DNA of 64,000 nt from the IMG/VR virus record IMGVR_UViG_3300005534_000011, positions 1 to 64,000 of that record, one strand, 5' to 3'. The stretch comes from a virus. Below the pieces are notes generated by a model. The model did not search any database, was not told where the DNA came from, and saw only the letters and a program-made list of their open reading frames with translations. The position numbers and the translations under genes are program-made. Below, piece after piece: positions 19,801 through 29,242 of this stretch; position 1 is the first letter of the stretch; every line of letters starts with the position of its first letter.

Positions 19801-20307
19801 ATGAAAACCACTGTACAAGCTTTGCTGAACGTTCTGGTTGGCCGTGACCCAAATGAAGTTGTCATGATTGAAAATAACGAACTTCGAATTGTTGCTACCA
19901 TCAATTTGCTTGGTGCTCAAGAACCGACCCCACAAATCATCTGTAATGCGGATACCAAAACCGACCCGGTATTGCGAGCCGCAGTGAACCCAGAGCCGCC
20001 AGTAGGCGATGTTAAAGTTGAAACCCGTGGTCGTCCGCGTAAAGCCGAAGATGATCCAAAATCGCCGTATGTAAAACGAACCACCCAGAACGTTGCCAAT
20101 GGCAATCGTGCATGGCAGGTTGAAGATATCACCCTTATGGCTGGATTGCGTGCTAAAGGTGTGAGCTTCCATGACATCGGTAAAGTCTTTGGTCGCACTG
20201 CCAGAGCGATTGAATGCCAACTACATTACCTGCGTCACCCAGAAGCTCGCCCTACCCCAAAGCCACGGGTAGTTCCGGCTGATAGTAATTCTGTTCAATT
20301 GATGTAA
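19801..20307 (+). CDS. putative DNA-binding protein (AT-hook plus Myb/GcrA-like HTH)
   Basis: RGRPRK; W..ED..L..L...G.SF..IG..FGRT..AI. Confidence 0.65.
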   Translation: MKTTVQALLNVLVGRDPNEVVMIENNELRIVATINLLGAQEPTPQIICNADTKTDPVLRAAVNPEPPVGDVKVETRGRPRKAEDDPKSPYVKRTTQNVANGNRAWQVEDITLMAGLRAKGVSFHDIGKVFGRTARAIECQLHYLRHPEARPTPKPRVVPADSNSVQLM

Positions 20308-20319
20308 TAGGTAATAAAA

Positions 20320-20577
20320 ATGTACTATTACCAAAAAGCTATGGACCTTCTTCAAGAAATTTATGATAATTTCTCGGAAGAGGATAAAGTCTGGTTTCAA
20401 TCCGAGAAGCCAATTGCAATGCATTCGACCCTTGGGATGCATTTAAGAAACCACTGTAATATGTGGGACTATGTATGGGTTCCTGAATTGATTGATGGTG
20501 TAGATCATTCTCCTAATCATCCAGATGCCATCAGTCAAAAGGCTATCAAAGACTTTCAAGCAAAGGTGTTGGGATGA
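20320..20577 (+). CDS. hypothetical protein (DUF6794-like)
   Basis: H..LGM.LRN...W ... HPDAIS. Confidence 0.55.
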   Translation: MYYYQKAMDLLQEIYDNFSEEDKVWFQSEKPIAMHSTLGMHLRNHCNMWDYVWVPELIDGVDHSPNHPDAISQKAIKDFQAKVLG

Positions 20578-20810
20578 GTGATATTGAAGCCGGTGATATT
20601 GTCACCGGCTATCACACAGGCTATTGGAAAGTAATCAAGTCGTTTCAGAATCAAATTGAATATCAGCGAATTGACGTTGTATCCAAGAAACCTGTCATTA
20701 AATCCTGTCATGTTAACTATTGTACAAAAATCGATCCAGACGCATTACGCATTGAAATGATTGCCGAAGCTGATCGGATCTATGACCTAATCAAGAGGGC
20801 AACAAATTGA
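20574..20810 (+). CDS. hypothetical protein
   Basis: ATGA coupling. Confidence 0.5.
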   Translation: MSDIEAGDIVTGYHTGYWKVIKSFQNQIEYQRIDVVSKKPVIKSCHVNYCTKIDPDALRIEMIAEADRIYDLIKRATN

Positions 20811-21163
20811 TGGAAAGGACAAAAGAAGCCCTTGCGGCTAAAATCCGTGCATGGGAATTTAATGCCGGGGAAAGTTTCATTGACTATTACATGCACGATA
20901 ATGTCAAGAATGTTTCTTGGGCATTCTGGTTGCTTGGTAAAGGGTTTACCGAACGAGCCAATTTCTTGATCGATCTGATCCAAGCCGGTAACAAGTGCAT
21001 CGATCAAGAACTGTTGTACGAGCTTTATAACAACCCTGAAGATCCTGCTAACTGGTCCACAGCTTTGTATCTGAAAGATGTTCTGCTATGGGCGGAATTC
21101 CTTGTAGCATCTGATCGGTACTGGAAAGCCATTTGTGAATGGTTTGCAGAAAATGATGCATAA
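20807..21163 (+). CDS. hypothetical protein
   Basis: Coupled ORF. Confidence 0.55.
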   Translation: MMERTKEALAAKIRAWEFNAGESFIDYYMHDNVKNVSWAFWLLGKGFTERANFLIDLIQAGNKCIDQELLYELYNNPEDPANWSTALYLKDVLLWAEFLVASDRYWKAICEWFAENDA

Positions 21164-21488
21164 AGAACCAGTGGCGTATATATCCGAAGTGTCTTTATCG
21201 TTTTTGAATCAACGTAAAGACATCGGTAATATATCATGGCGTCTAAACTTGGCTACTAGCCCATCGGGTGATGAAACTGTTGGATTATACACCAACCCAA
21301 ATTTGATATTACCAGACCTACTCGATAAAATAGATGAGGTTTTGCGTCATGCCTCTGGGGTTGAACAATGCATCGGCCATATCAAATCTGGTGCCAATGT
21401 AACCCCAAGTGAATTGTGGTCTGCATGTGATTCATTGGATCAAGTTTTTGCCGCCATCAGAAAGGCGAAGGAACTCTTAAAATCATGA
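21153..21488 (+). CDS. hypothetical protein
   Basis: EPVAY...LYT.P phage motif. Confidence 0.5.
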   Translation: MMHKEPVAYISEVSLSFLNQRKDIGNISWRLNLATSPSGDETVGLYTNPNLILPDLLDKIDEVLRHASGVEQCIGHIKSGANVTPSELWSACDSLDQVFAAIRKAKELLKS

Positions 21489-21688
21489 GCCTAGAAGAAA
21501 TCGAGAAGCTGTACCCGGTTCTCCCTAAATGTCCATTCTGCAATTCCCCAGCGTCTCCTAATTCCCATTGGGGTAGATGTTGGGTGGAATGTCATGAATG
21601 CGGTGCAAGGGGTCCAAAGTTCTCAATGAAGTTCGATTCAAAACTTGCATATGAGCATGTTATTAAAGCATGGATGGTAAGATTATGA
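21485..21688 (+). CDS. Lar-like restriction-alleviation Zn-finger protein
   Basis: CPFC ... VECHECGARGP ... AW..R. Confidence 0.6.
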   Translation: MSLEEIEKLYPVLPKCPFCNSPASPNSHWGRCWVECHECGARGPKFSMKFDSKLAYEHVIKAWMVRL

Positions 21689-21879
21689 TCAAAATCGATT
21701 ATCAACTCTTGAAAGAAACCGCATTAGCCACATCAGGTGATATGCCAATCGATCCTCAAATTCTCTTGCAGATATTGTGTGAACTCCAAGAGAATTTGAG
21801 GATTCGTGATATAATGCGGGATCAGCTAATAGAAAAGACTTCCAAGATAACCAAAATTCAAAGGATATTGGGGAAATGA
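21685..21879 (+). CDS. hypothetical protein (Ea22-like N-terminus)
   Basis: KIDYQ.LKE.A.AT...P..LL. Confidence 0.45.
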   Translation: MIKIDYQLLKETALATSGDMPIDPQILLQILCELQENLRIRDIMRDQLIEKTSKITKIQRILGK

Positions 21880-22343
21880 TAGAAATCGAACGCAAGTTTT
21901 TGGTAGATGCATCAAAGCTGCCGGGATGTTTGATTCCTATCAGAATCGCCCAAGGTTATTTGAATCAAGATCCTGATAGAACGGTTCGAATTCGCATGGC
22001 CGGGGATAAAGGATTTCTTACCATCAAAGGTAGATCCAGCGACAATGGCTTATCCCGGTATGAATGGGAAAAGGAAATTGATTCAAATGATGCCAGAGAT
22101 TTGTTGGGGATGTGTTCCAATGTCCTTGACAAGTCCCGCTACCATATGATTCATCAAGGCAAGCTCTGGGAAATTGATGTATTCCACGGAATGAATGAAG
22201 GATTGGTTGTCGCTGAAATAGAATTGACATCCGAAACAGAATCCTTTAATCTACCTGAATGGATTACCCAAGAGGTAACCGGGGATTCGGATTACTACAA
22301 TTCGAACCTTTCAATCAATCCCTATAAGCTTTGGATCAAATAA
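21876..22343 (+). CDS. CYTH domain protein (triphosphate tunnel / class IV adenylate cyclase fold)
   Basis: EIERKFLV, QGYL, VRIR, LTIKG, R.EWE, WEIDVF, AEIEL and Y.NS.L. Confidence 0.9.
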   Translation: MIEIERKFLVDASKLPGCLIPIRIAQGYLNQDPDRTVRIRMAGDKGFLTIKGRSSDNGLSRYEWEKEIDSNDARDLLGMCSNVLDKSRYHMIHQGKLWEIDVFHGMNEGLVVAEIELTSETESFNLPEWITQEVTGDSDYYNSNLSINPYKLWIK

Positions 22344-22500
22344 TGAAACTTTATGTACTTGACACCGGTTGTGAAACAATCCAAGTGATTGCCAATTCCA
22401 AGGATCATGCGGTAGAGCTGACTAAAGAACAAACTGGAAATGATTACGGTCATATGCATTGGGATGAATATGAACCCGGTGTAGTGGTTGGTGGTTGGTA

Positions 22501-22710
22501 ATGGCAATCAGAAAATATCCAAGTGGTGCAACCCATTGTGTCTATCCGGGGCATCATTATGATGAAATCTATTTCCGAGTAGCCAACTCCGGGGAGTATC
22601 TTGAATACTTTAACATGAATCGGCATGAATGGGTTAGAAATGTCCTACATCCGATGTCATGGTTGAATACCATCCATAAACTCGAAGACCCTGATGCGGT
22701 GAACGAATGA
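22501..22710 (+). CDS. hypothetical protein
   Basis: P.GATH phage motif. Confidence 0.5.
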   Translation: MAIRKYPSGATHCVYPGHHYDEIYFRVANSGEYLEYFNMNRHEWVRNVLHPMSWLNTIHKLEDPDAVNE

Positions 22711-22884
22711 AAACCACTGTACAAGATTTGATGAACGTTCTGCGGGCGATGTTTGATGAAATGGTTTCCGAGGGTATGTCTAAGGAAGATTTCCAAGAAG
22801 CTATCAGCCAACTTGAATTGAATTGATCAATAATGGTAGCTCTAAGTTCATGATCAAATTGATTCGAGCACATTTGGAGAAATT

Positions 22885-23130
22885 ATGATCCATATACTAA
22901 CAGCAGCCGAGCGGATAGAATTCCTAAATGATATGATTAAGGATGACATGCGAAAAGAAGCGTCCAAGGATTGGATGATACAGGAATTCACCAACTATCG
23001 GTTCTATAATCCTGAATGCTATGGGCATGATACCGACGAAAAGATCCATGATTATATGAATCGATTTCATAAGAAAGTTCCTAAACAAGTAGCCACCGAG
23101 TTATGGGAACAATACAAGGTGTCTGAGTAA
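22885..23130 (+). CDS. hypothetical protein
   Basis: GGAG RBS. Confidence 0.5.
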   Translation: MIHILTAAERIEFLNDMIKDDMRKEASKDWMIQEFTNYRFYNPECYGHDTDEKIHDYMNRFHKKVPKQVATELWEQYKVSE

Positions 23131-23318
23131 TGGTCACAAAAGATTTGTTTGATAAGATCCTAGCAAGGATGGGCACCCCGGAAGAACGATTAGCCAATGC
23201 CAGAGCACGAACCAAAAAGATCAATGATGAAATCATCCGAAGAAATCGTTGCCCGGAATGTGGTGTGGATACCATCAATTATTCCCATACCTTCAGATGC
23301 TCATGGAGAGGAATGTAA
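23130..23318 (+). CDS. hypothetical protein
   Basis: Coupled ORF; CPEC. Confidence 0.45.
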   Translation: MVTKDLFDKILARMGTPEERLANARARTKKINDEIIRRNRCPECGVDTINYSHTFRCSWRGM

Positions 23319-23350
23319 TGAAATTGGAGAGTAGAATAGACTAATGAATA

Positions 23351-23995
23351 TTGTATAAGAATCTAGTTGCTGGAATAGGCATCTATGAGAAAGGTTTGTA
23401 TCCAAGAGAGTTGGCCGGTAAGCGGGTATATTCAACTTGGAGTGGGTTGTTAAATCGATGTTATGGGATTAAGACTGGGATTAAGAATCAATCCTATAAA
23501 GGTTGTTCAGTCCACCCAGATTTCATCAAATTCCAAGACTTCGCAGCGTGGGCGTGTAAGCAGGTAGGATTCGATAAAGAAGGTTGGCATCTGGATAAAG
23601 ACATTCTAGTACCGGGTAACAAGGTCTACGGGCCGGATACGTGTTGCTATGTACCAACCCAAATCAATTCCCTAATCATCAAACCCACACTACCCGACGA
23701 TTTACCAGTTGGGATTACATACTACAAACCAACTAATAGATATGTGGCGTCCATTGGTATATCTGGGACTCGAAAGTATCTTGGGTGTAGCAATTCCATA
23801 GATGAGCTTATGCCATTGTATCAAGCTGCAAAGTCTGAATACATTATTCAGGTGGCGAATCAATGGAAAGATCAGATTGGTTGGCGGGTATATGTGGCGT
23901 TGATTGAACTGGCTGATAACATTCTCGGGAAATATGTAGGAAGAAAGATCGTGGATTCTGAATTTTTACAGCAGCGATTTTTGATAAGACGGTAG
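23351..23995 (+). CDS. HNH-type homing endonuclease with AP2-like domain
   Basis: YKGCSVHPDF..FQDF, LDKDILVPGNKVYGPDTC; paralogue of 10762 and 57805. Confidence 0.8.
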   Translation: MYKNLVAGIGIYEKGLYPRELAGKRVYSTWSGLLNRCYGIKTGIKNQSYKGCSVHPDFIKFQDFAAWACKQVGFDKEGWHLDKDILVPGNKVYGPDTCCYVPTQINSLIIKPTLPDDLPVGITYYKPTNRYVASIGISGTRKYLGCSNSIDELMPLYQAAKSEYIIQVANQWKDQIGWRVYVALIELADNILGKYVGRKIVDSEFLQQRFLIRR

Positions 23996-24097
23996 GGAAA
24001 CTTTTTAGAGCAAAATTTGCTGTGAAAAATTTTTTGGAATCGACCATATGGAAAACTTTTTAGAAAAATCTGTATGGTGAAAATTTTTTTGGAATCG
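23996..24097. repeat. imperfect tandem repeat (2 x ~48 bp) with phased A/T tracts
   Basis: GGAAA(A)CTTTTTAGA...GTGAAAA(A)TTTTTT(T)GGAATCG occurs twice. Confidence 0.7.
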
Positions 24098-24518
24098 GGG
24101 GAGTGGTCTTATAATTCTCTCGATCCCACTAAACTGCCAAGGAAACCCCCAAAAAGGGACCCTGATTCACCCTCCCCCCGGCCCTCCCGGACACTACCCC
24201 CACCATCCATAATAGAACAGAATCACTAGTCACCCCAGTGTATCACAATCAATTCCGAAACACCATATAGTTTCGAACCATCCGCAATCGATTCCCAATC
24301 CTTTGCATCATATCCAACCCACTCTATAAGCTCCTACAAGGGCCATAGCAGCCGCGATAGCATCAAACCCTACCCAATGCATCAAATAGTATTCAATCAA
24401 TCTCCTATCAATCCTATATCGATTCCTATGTATTGAAACAAATTGATTGCATCAAATGCTTGACAACCTATCACAGTGGTATAGAATGATGATCATCCAA
24501 ACCAATAGGAGATACCAA

Positions 24519-24899
24519 ATGAGTTACAAGGATCTAGAAGCCGAGATAAAGGCGTGGGCGAATCTGGAGGCTTATGCTCATCAGCAGAAGCTAGAAGCCG
24601 AGGAAGCTAAGCGACAAGCGAAACGGGACAAGCGGGATAAGAAGTTGGGGAAACCGGGGAAAGGTCTGTTGGTAGCCAAGCTTCCCGCTCCGAAGTTAGA
24701 CCGACCGACCAAGATGTATAAACGCATTACGATTGAATGCAGGCCGATACAGCACAGGAAGTGGGGCGAACCGGTCGAGGTTACATATGAGGTTCAAGCC
24801 TTGACAGATGCGGTTGCCGAGGTGGCAGCGATCAAGCAAGCAAGGGTTGACGGTTATAGCTTTGATCGGGTTGTACATATAACCACGTTTGAAAAGTGA
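24519..24899 (+). CDS. basic hypothetical protein
   Basis: TTGACA promoter at 24460, AGGAG RBS, terminator downstream. Confidence 0.6.
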   Translation: MSYKDLEAEIKAWANLEAYAHQQKLEAEEAKRQAKRDKRDKKLGKPGKGLLVAKLPAPKLDRPTKMYKRITIECRPIQHRKWGEPVEVTYEVQALTDAVAEVAAIKQARVDGYSFDRVVHITTFEK

Positions 24900-25087
24900 A
24901 AGGATGTAGGTGTTTGAAAAGCCTTGAGAAATCAGGGCTTTTTGGTATAGGGTAGAATCGCTGGAAAAATAAATTGATTCTACCCCTTGACATCACAATA
25001 GAATCAGATAATCTTACCACAACAAAGCAACATTCATTCAACCACCCAAACGGGTTAAGGCTTTACTAATCGATCAAGGGGAATACC

Positions 25088-25552
25088 ATGCGCCAAGTAT
25101 CTAAAGCAGCTCAGGCAGAAACCATTTCTACTAACGTACTCGAAACCGCATCGACCGCCCTGTCACTGGCCGAAGATGCGTTGATCAAAGCAAAGGAAGC
25201 TTTGGCCGCTGCCGGTGGTTCTGGTGGGTCCAAGTCGGGAAGGGGATCGAAAGGTAAAGGTGGGGATCAAACCCCTGATAACGCTTCCAAGGGCTCGGCG
25301 GGTCGTAACCCTTCACCGGAACAGCTTGAGATTCGTTCCGCAATTATCGAAGCTTTGCAATCCGGTGAAATCAAGTTCTTTACCATCGCCGAAGTGACCG
25401 AAGCCATGAAAGCTGACCGTATCCAAACCCGGAACGCGGTCAACTATCTGGAAGCTCAGAACATGGTTGTTCGGTACGGTGAAAAACTCCCAGAAGGTCG
25501 CGGCCAGCGGGAATTGATCTACAAGGCCGGAGTAGTTCCAGTCCCGGCCTAA
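25088..25552 (+). CDS. winged-helix DNA-binding protein
   Basis: FTIAEVTEAMK...TRNAVNYLEAQNMVVR...GRGQRELIY; Gly/Ser linker; own promoter and terminator. Confidence 0.65.
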   Translation: MRQVSKAAQAETISTNVLETASTALSLAEDALIKAKEALAAAGGSGGSKSGRGSKGKGGDQTPDNASKGSAGRNPSPEQLEIRSAIIEALQSGEIKFFTIAEVTEAMKADRIQTRNAVNYLEAQNMVVRYGEKLPEGRGQRELIYKAGVVPVPA

Positions 25553-25807
25553 TGGGTTGGTAATGTATAAAGCCCCTTAACCGGGGCTTTTTGTTGTCTA
25601 GGGTTCTAGGGATTTGATATAAACCCATATAGCAACATTCCCCAGTAATCCACACCAATCATCAGATAGACTCCTAAACCCTCTCAAATCCCCTTAGAAT
25701 CAACCAAAACCATATAGCAACATTCTAACCCTAAACCCATTCCCACACTTGACATTCGGAATTGATGGTTTAAGGTATAGGAACATTCCAGAACATATAG
25801 GCATCAC

Positions 25808-26035
25808 ATGAAACTCTTCTATGTAGCAATCTTTCTGGTGGTAGCAAGTCTCCCTGTAGGCTTTATCGGTATCTATGCAGCTTGGGACAGAACACCACCT
25901 CAATACCGCTTATTGCAGTTGGATCAAATCATGCATACCGGTGGAATGGTCTATCTCGCCATGGTCGCCGGATCGGTTCTGCTGTTTCTGGTCTGGTTGT
26001 CCCTTCCACTGAATCGCAGGGATTATCGGGTTTGA
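25808..26035 (+). CDS. small membrane protein
   Basis: Two TM helices; TTGACA promoter at 25749. Confidence 0.55.
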   Translation: MKLFYVAIFLVVASLPVGFIGIYAAWDRTPPQYRLLQLDQIMHTGGMVYLAMVAGSVLLFLVWLSLPLNRRDYRV

Positions 26036-26219
26036 TTTGATTGGGTATTCAATAGGTGAAATATCCCTCAATTTGATGGAATACCAGTGAATTCTGCTGA
26101 ATGCTTTCGAGAGTGTTAGGGAATTTGTGTGGTATTTGATGGAATTACGGGATTTGATGGAATTTTTGTTGCATCAAATTTAGCGGACGAACTTGGACTA
26201 ACGAGAAAGTCTATCATTT

Positions 26220-26262
26220 AAGTGTAACGTTTTCATTCCACTGGAACGGTTTCGTTACACTT
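26220..26262. repeat. inverted repeat/hairpin in a non-coding region
   Basis: AAGTGTAACG ... CGTTACACTT with inner TTCC-ACT-GGAA. Confidence 0.7.
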
Positions 26263-26521
26263 CCCAGAATTCCCAAACCATTCAATATCTCTCAATCATC
26301 CCAATGATTCTATAAGGGTTTGGTTCTATTATCAATCCCCTTAATAGTATCTGCTAAAATATCAATTTGATTGATTTGATTATATTTTGATCAATCCCAA
26401 AACCCCCGCTAATTTATTTCAAAATCCCCCTTGATTAAAGCTTGATTCTGTTTCGATTCCTGCTATTCTATACCTATTACCACCTATCAACTATTACCTA
26501 CCAGCTTCTAAGGGGTTTCAC

Positions 26522-26842
26522 ATGGCTAGCATTATGGAACAATTCAAGGCTTGGGTTAACATTCAAGCCACCGATGATCCTGATCGAATCATTGACCATC
26601 ATTCATGGGTTTCCTGTGCTATTGGGGAGTTTGCTACTCACTTAGGTTATAATGGGTTTCCTGCCCATCAAGTGAGTGATGCTTTCAAGCGTCATTATGG
26701 AATTGATGCATGGAAATTATTGGGGAATGCTGGTTCTGTTTATAGTGGCTTCGGTTCCGGTTGGAAAATGGTTGTTGATATGACCACCTATAAGGATTTG
26801 GCGGATTGGTTGAATTCTTTGAATCCCTTGGAGCCATTCTAA
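26522..26842 (+). CDS. hypothetical protein, paralogue family B
   Basis: IDHHSWVSCAIGEF ... TYKDLA. Confidence 0.65.
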   Translation: MASIMEQFKAWVNIQATDDPDRIIDHHSWVSCAIGEFATHLGYNGFPAHQVSDAFKRHYGIDAWKLLGNAGSVYSGFGSGWKMVVDMTTYKDLADWLNSLNPLEPF

Positions 26843-27027
26843 TGCATTGGGTTGGTTCGCTGATTATTATAGGTCTTTTGATGGCCTGTACCGGAATGAT
26901 GGTAATTGGCTATGGTGATATGCCTAAGCATTCATTTTGGTATGTGATTGTTTTGGATTCATCTGTTGTCTTGATAGGGGTTTGTGTTCTATCATTGATT
27001 GGGCTGTTGGGTTTCTTGAAGGTATAG
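26842..27027 (+). CDS. small membrane protein
   Basis: Two hydrophobic helices; coupled. Confidence 0.5.
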   Translation: MHWVGSLIIIGLLMACTGMMVIGYGDMPKHSFWYVIVLDSSVVLIGVCVLSLIGLLGFLKV

Positions 27028-27522
27028 GGGAATTTTATGAAAGCATTATATCATGTAACCGCAAAATCTAAGGGGTTTGTAGTTCATACCTCTTTTCAAG
27101 TGGCTGATAGTGTGGAATCCGCTATTGAAATTATAAAGGAGTTTTATGCGGTTGTTCCGAAGGATTCCCAATGGTCTGCATATAAAAGGCGGGAATTATG
27201 ATATTGGTTGAATCCATTGTAATTGATGGTAAATTGATTGGGGCGATAATGATGGATTATAACGGTTATTTCTATCGTCCTAATCAATTAGGGGTTTTGG
27301 GTTGGTTGAAATATATGTTTTCCGATATCTATTACTTCGGATCTATCTCTGAGCTTAAAGAGTCCTTATTGAATTGATGTAAATGCTAATATTTTGATGC
27401 TTTGGGGCGATTTATACCAGAATATTAGCATTTACTATTTTGTTTTGATTCTTGCTTGAAATGGCTTGACTTTTGTTTTGATTCTGGTAAGCTTCTCCCA
27501 TTCCTTAATTGAGTGATACAAA

Positions 27523-27861
27523 ATGACTATCCAATCCGCCGATTTGAAATTGATCACCGAATTCCGCGACTTCTGTGCATCTAAAGGTAATGAGCCTATC
27601 CAGCATCGGGATGGCTGGGGCCATGCGAACTGGAATACCTGTGCTGTTGGACAATTCGCTAAGTTCAAAGATATTCCCAATATCGATGGTGACCGTATGG
27701 CCGGGATGTTGAAATCTGCGTTTAACATCATTCAAAATACCCCATATGGTTTCATGATTGATTTGGGTAGTGGTGACTCGGCAGAAGAACAATATCCGAC
27801 CTATGATAAGGTTGCGGATGCTGTAACTACCATCATCAATAAATTTCAGGGGGTTGTATGA
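27523..27861 (+). CDS. hypothetical protein, paralogue family B
   Basis: EFRDFC...PIQH...WNTCAVGQF...YPTYDKVA. Confidence 0.7.
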   Translation: MTIQSADLKLITEFRDFCASKGNEPIQHRDGWGHANWNTCAVGQFAKFKDIPNIDGDRMAGMLKSAFNIIQNTPYGFMIDLGSGDSAEEQYPTYDKVADAVTTIINKFQGVV

Positions 27862-28190
27862 TCCTTTCAGAAACCACTCGTGATGAGGCGTTGACCCTGA
27901 TCACTGAGTTCCGGGACTTCTGTTTGACCCGTGGTGATGCTCCTATTCAACATCTGAATAGACTGGGTTCCGGTTGGGATACCTGCGCAGTGGCCGAGTT
28001 TGCGGCAACCAAACAAATCCCCGCCCATTCTCCGGGTAATGTAATGGCTTGTATGTTGCGACATGCTTTTCGCACTATCGATAATACTTCGGTGTTTATG
28101 ATTGAATTGGGCTTGGTTTATAGTGCTCAATCCAAGTATCCAACCTTCGACAAGTTGGCCGCAGATTTGACCACTATTCTTAATCAATAA
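27858..28190 (+). CDS. hypothetical protein, paralogue family B
   Basis: EFRDFC...PIQH...WDTCAVAEF...YPTFDKLA. Confidence 0.7.
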   Translation: MILSETTRDEALTLITEFRDFCLTRGDAPIQHLNRLGSGWDTCAVAEFAATKQIPAHSPGNVMACMLRHAFRTIDNTSVFMIELGLVYSAQSKYPTFDKLAADLTTILNQ

Positions 28191-28204
28191 GGTATATCAT
28201 TAAC

Positions 28205-28576
28205 ATGAAACCACATAACGCTCTGAAATTGATTGAATCTTTCAGGGACTATTGCTTGACCCGTGGTAAAGATCAAATTGTCCACAAAGTACCGGGTGGT
28301 TGGGCAAGTTGGAATACCTGCGCTGTTGGTCAATTCGCCGATTACAAGAAGATCAAAAAGGGCGATGCCGGGCGTGGTAATAACATGTACGAAAAATTGC
28401 TTACAGCTTATAAAGCAGTGGGTATTTCGTATGGTATCGGGGTGCTGTTGTATAAATTGGGTGATACACGAACCGCCGAAAAACATTATCCAACCTTCGA
28501 CAAGCTCGCCAAAGCTTTGACCAAGGATATCAAAACCGGTATGGGTAACATCAAAGCCAATAAGGTGAAGGCATGA
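28205..28576 (+). CDS. hypothetical protein, paralogue family B
   Basis: FRDYC...IVH...WNTCAVGQF...YPTFDKLA. Confidence 0.7.
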   Translation: MKPHNALKLIESFRDYCLTRGKDQIVHKVPGGWASWNTCAVGQFADYKKIKKGDAGRGNNMYEKLLTAYKAVGISYGIGVLLYKLGDTRTAEKHYPTFDKLAKALTKDIKTGMGNIKANKVKA

Positions 28577-28698
28577 AAAGCAATCAAAAAGGTTTTACCG
28601 CTGTTGAATTGTGGATTTGCATCTGGGGTGTTATCTGTGTTGGTCTGATGGTTGGTGCTATCGGTATCGGCCTGCATTTCATCATGAAATTCTGGTAA
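28573..28698 (+). CDS. 41-aa mini-protein with a type IV prepilin-like N-terminus (not in ORF track)
   Basis: MKSNQKG/FTAVEL then a hydrophobic helix; ATGA overlap with the upstream gene; AAGG RBS. Confidence 0.65.
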   Translation: MKSNQKGFTAVELWICIWGVICVGLMVGAIGIGLHFIMKFW

Positions 28699-28765
28699 TT
28701 TCAAAAGTAATTTGACATTTGATGCAAAGGTGCTATCCTCTAACCATCACTAAGGGGATTGCATC

Positions 28766-29143
28766 ATGTTAGATATTCATGTTGGTTCTGATCTGTTCAA
28801 AGCTGGTGTTACCGAAGATGGTCAAGACTTCATAGGCGAACGCTGGTTTGTTCAAGCCGAAGCGGTCAACGGTCAACGTTGGGTGCATATAGCTCGCTTC
28901 GATTCAACCAAGGCGGTTGATGGTGAGGATTGTGACGGGATGGTGTTCTTCCCGGACAACCGTGTAGAGGCTCTGGGGCGTGCTGAATCCTTGGCGGCAA
29001 ATGTTCGATTGTTCCTGAATGCTGGTGGTAAGTTGACCCCAGAGTTTTGGATTGAGGTCGATCCTAGATATGGTTCGATTGCATATCAAACCCTTGACAA
29101 TCAAGGGTATTTCAAGGATCTAGAACGCAAAGCTGAATTTTGA
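28766..29143 (+). CDS. hypothetical protein
   Basis: Own promoter (TTGACA at 28711) and terminator; W....P.YGS.AY motif. Confidence 0.65.
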   Translation: MLDIHVGSDLFKAGVTEDGQDFIGERWFVQAEAVNGQRWVHIARFDSTKAVDGEDCDGMVFFPDNRVEALGRAESLAANVRLFLNAGGKLTPEFWIEVDPRYGSIAYQTLDNQGYFKDLERKAEF

Positions 29144-29242
29144 TGAAAAGCCTCGGGAAACCGGGGCTTTTTATTTGGGGTTGGGTATTGCATCAAATCC
29201 ATAGGGTGTTATACTGACCCTACACCAACCGAGGGGCAGACC

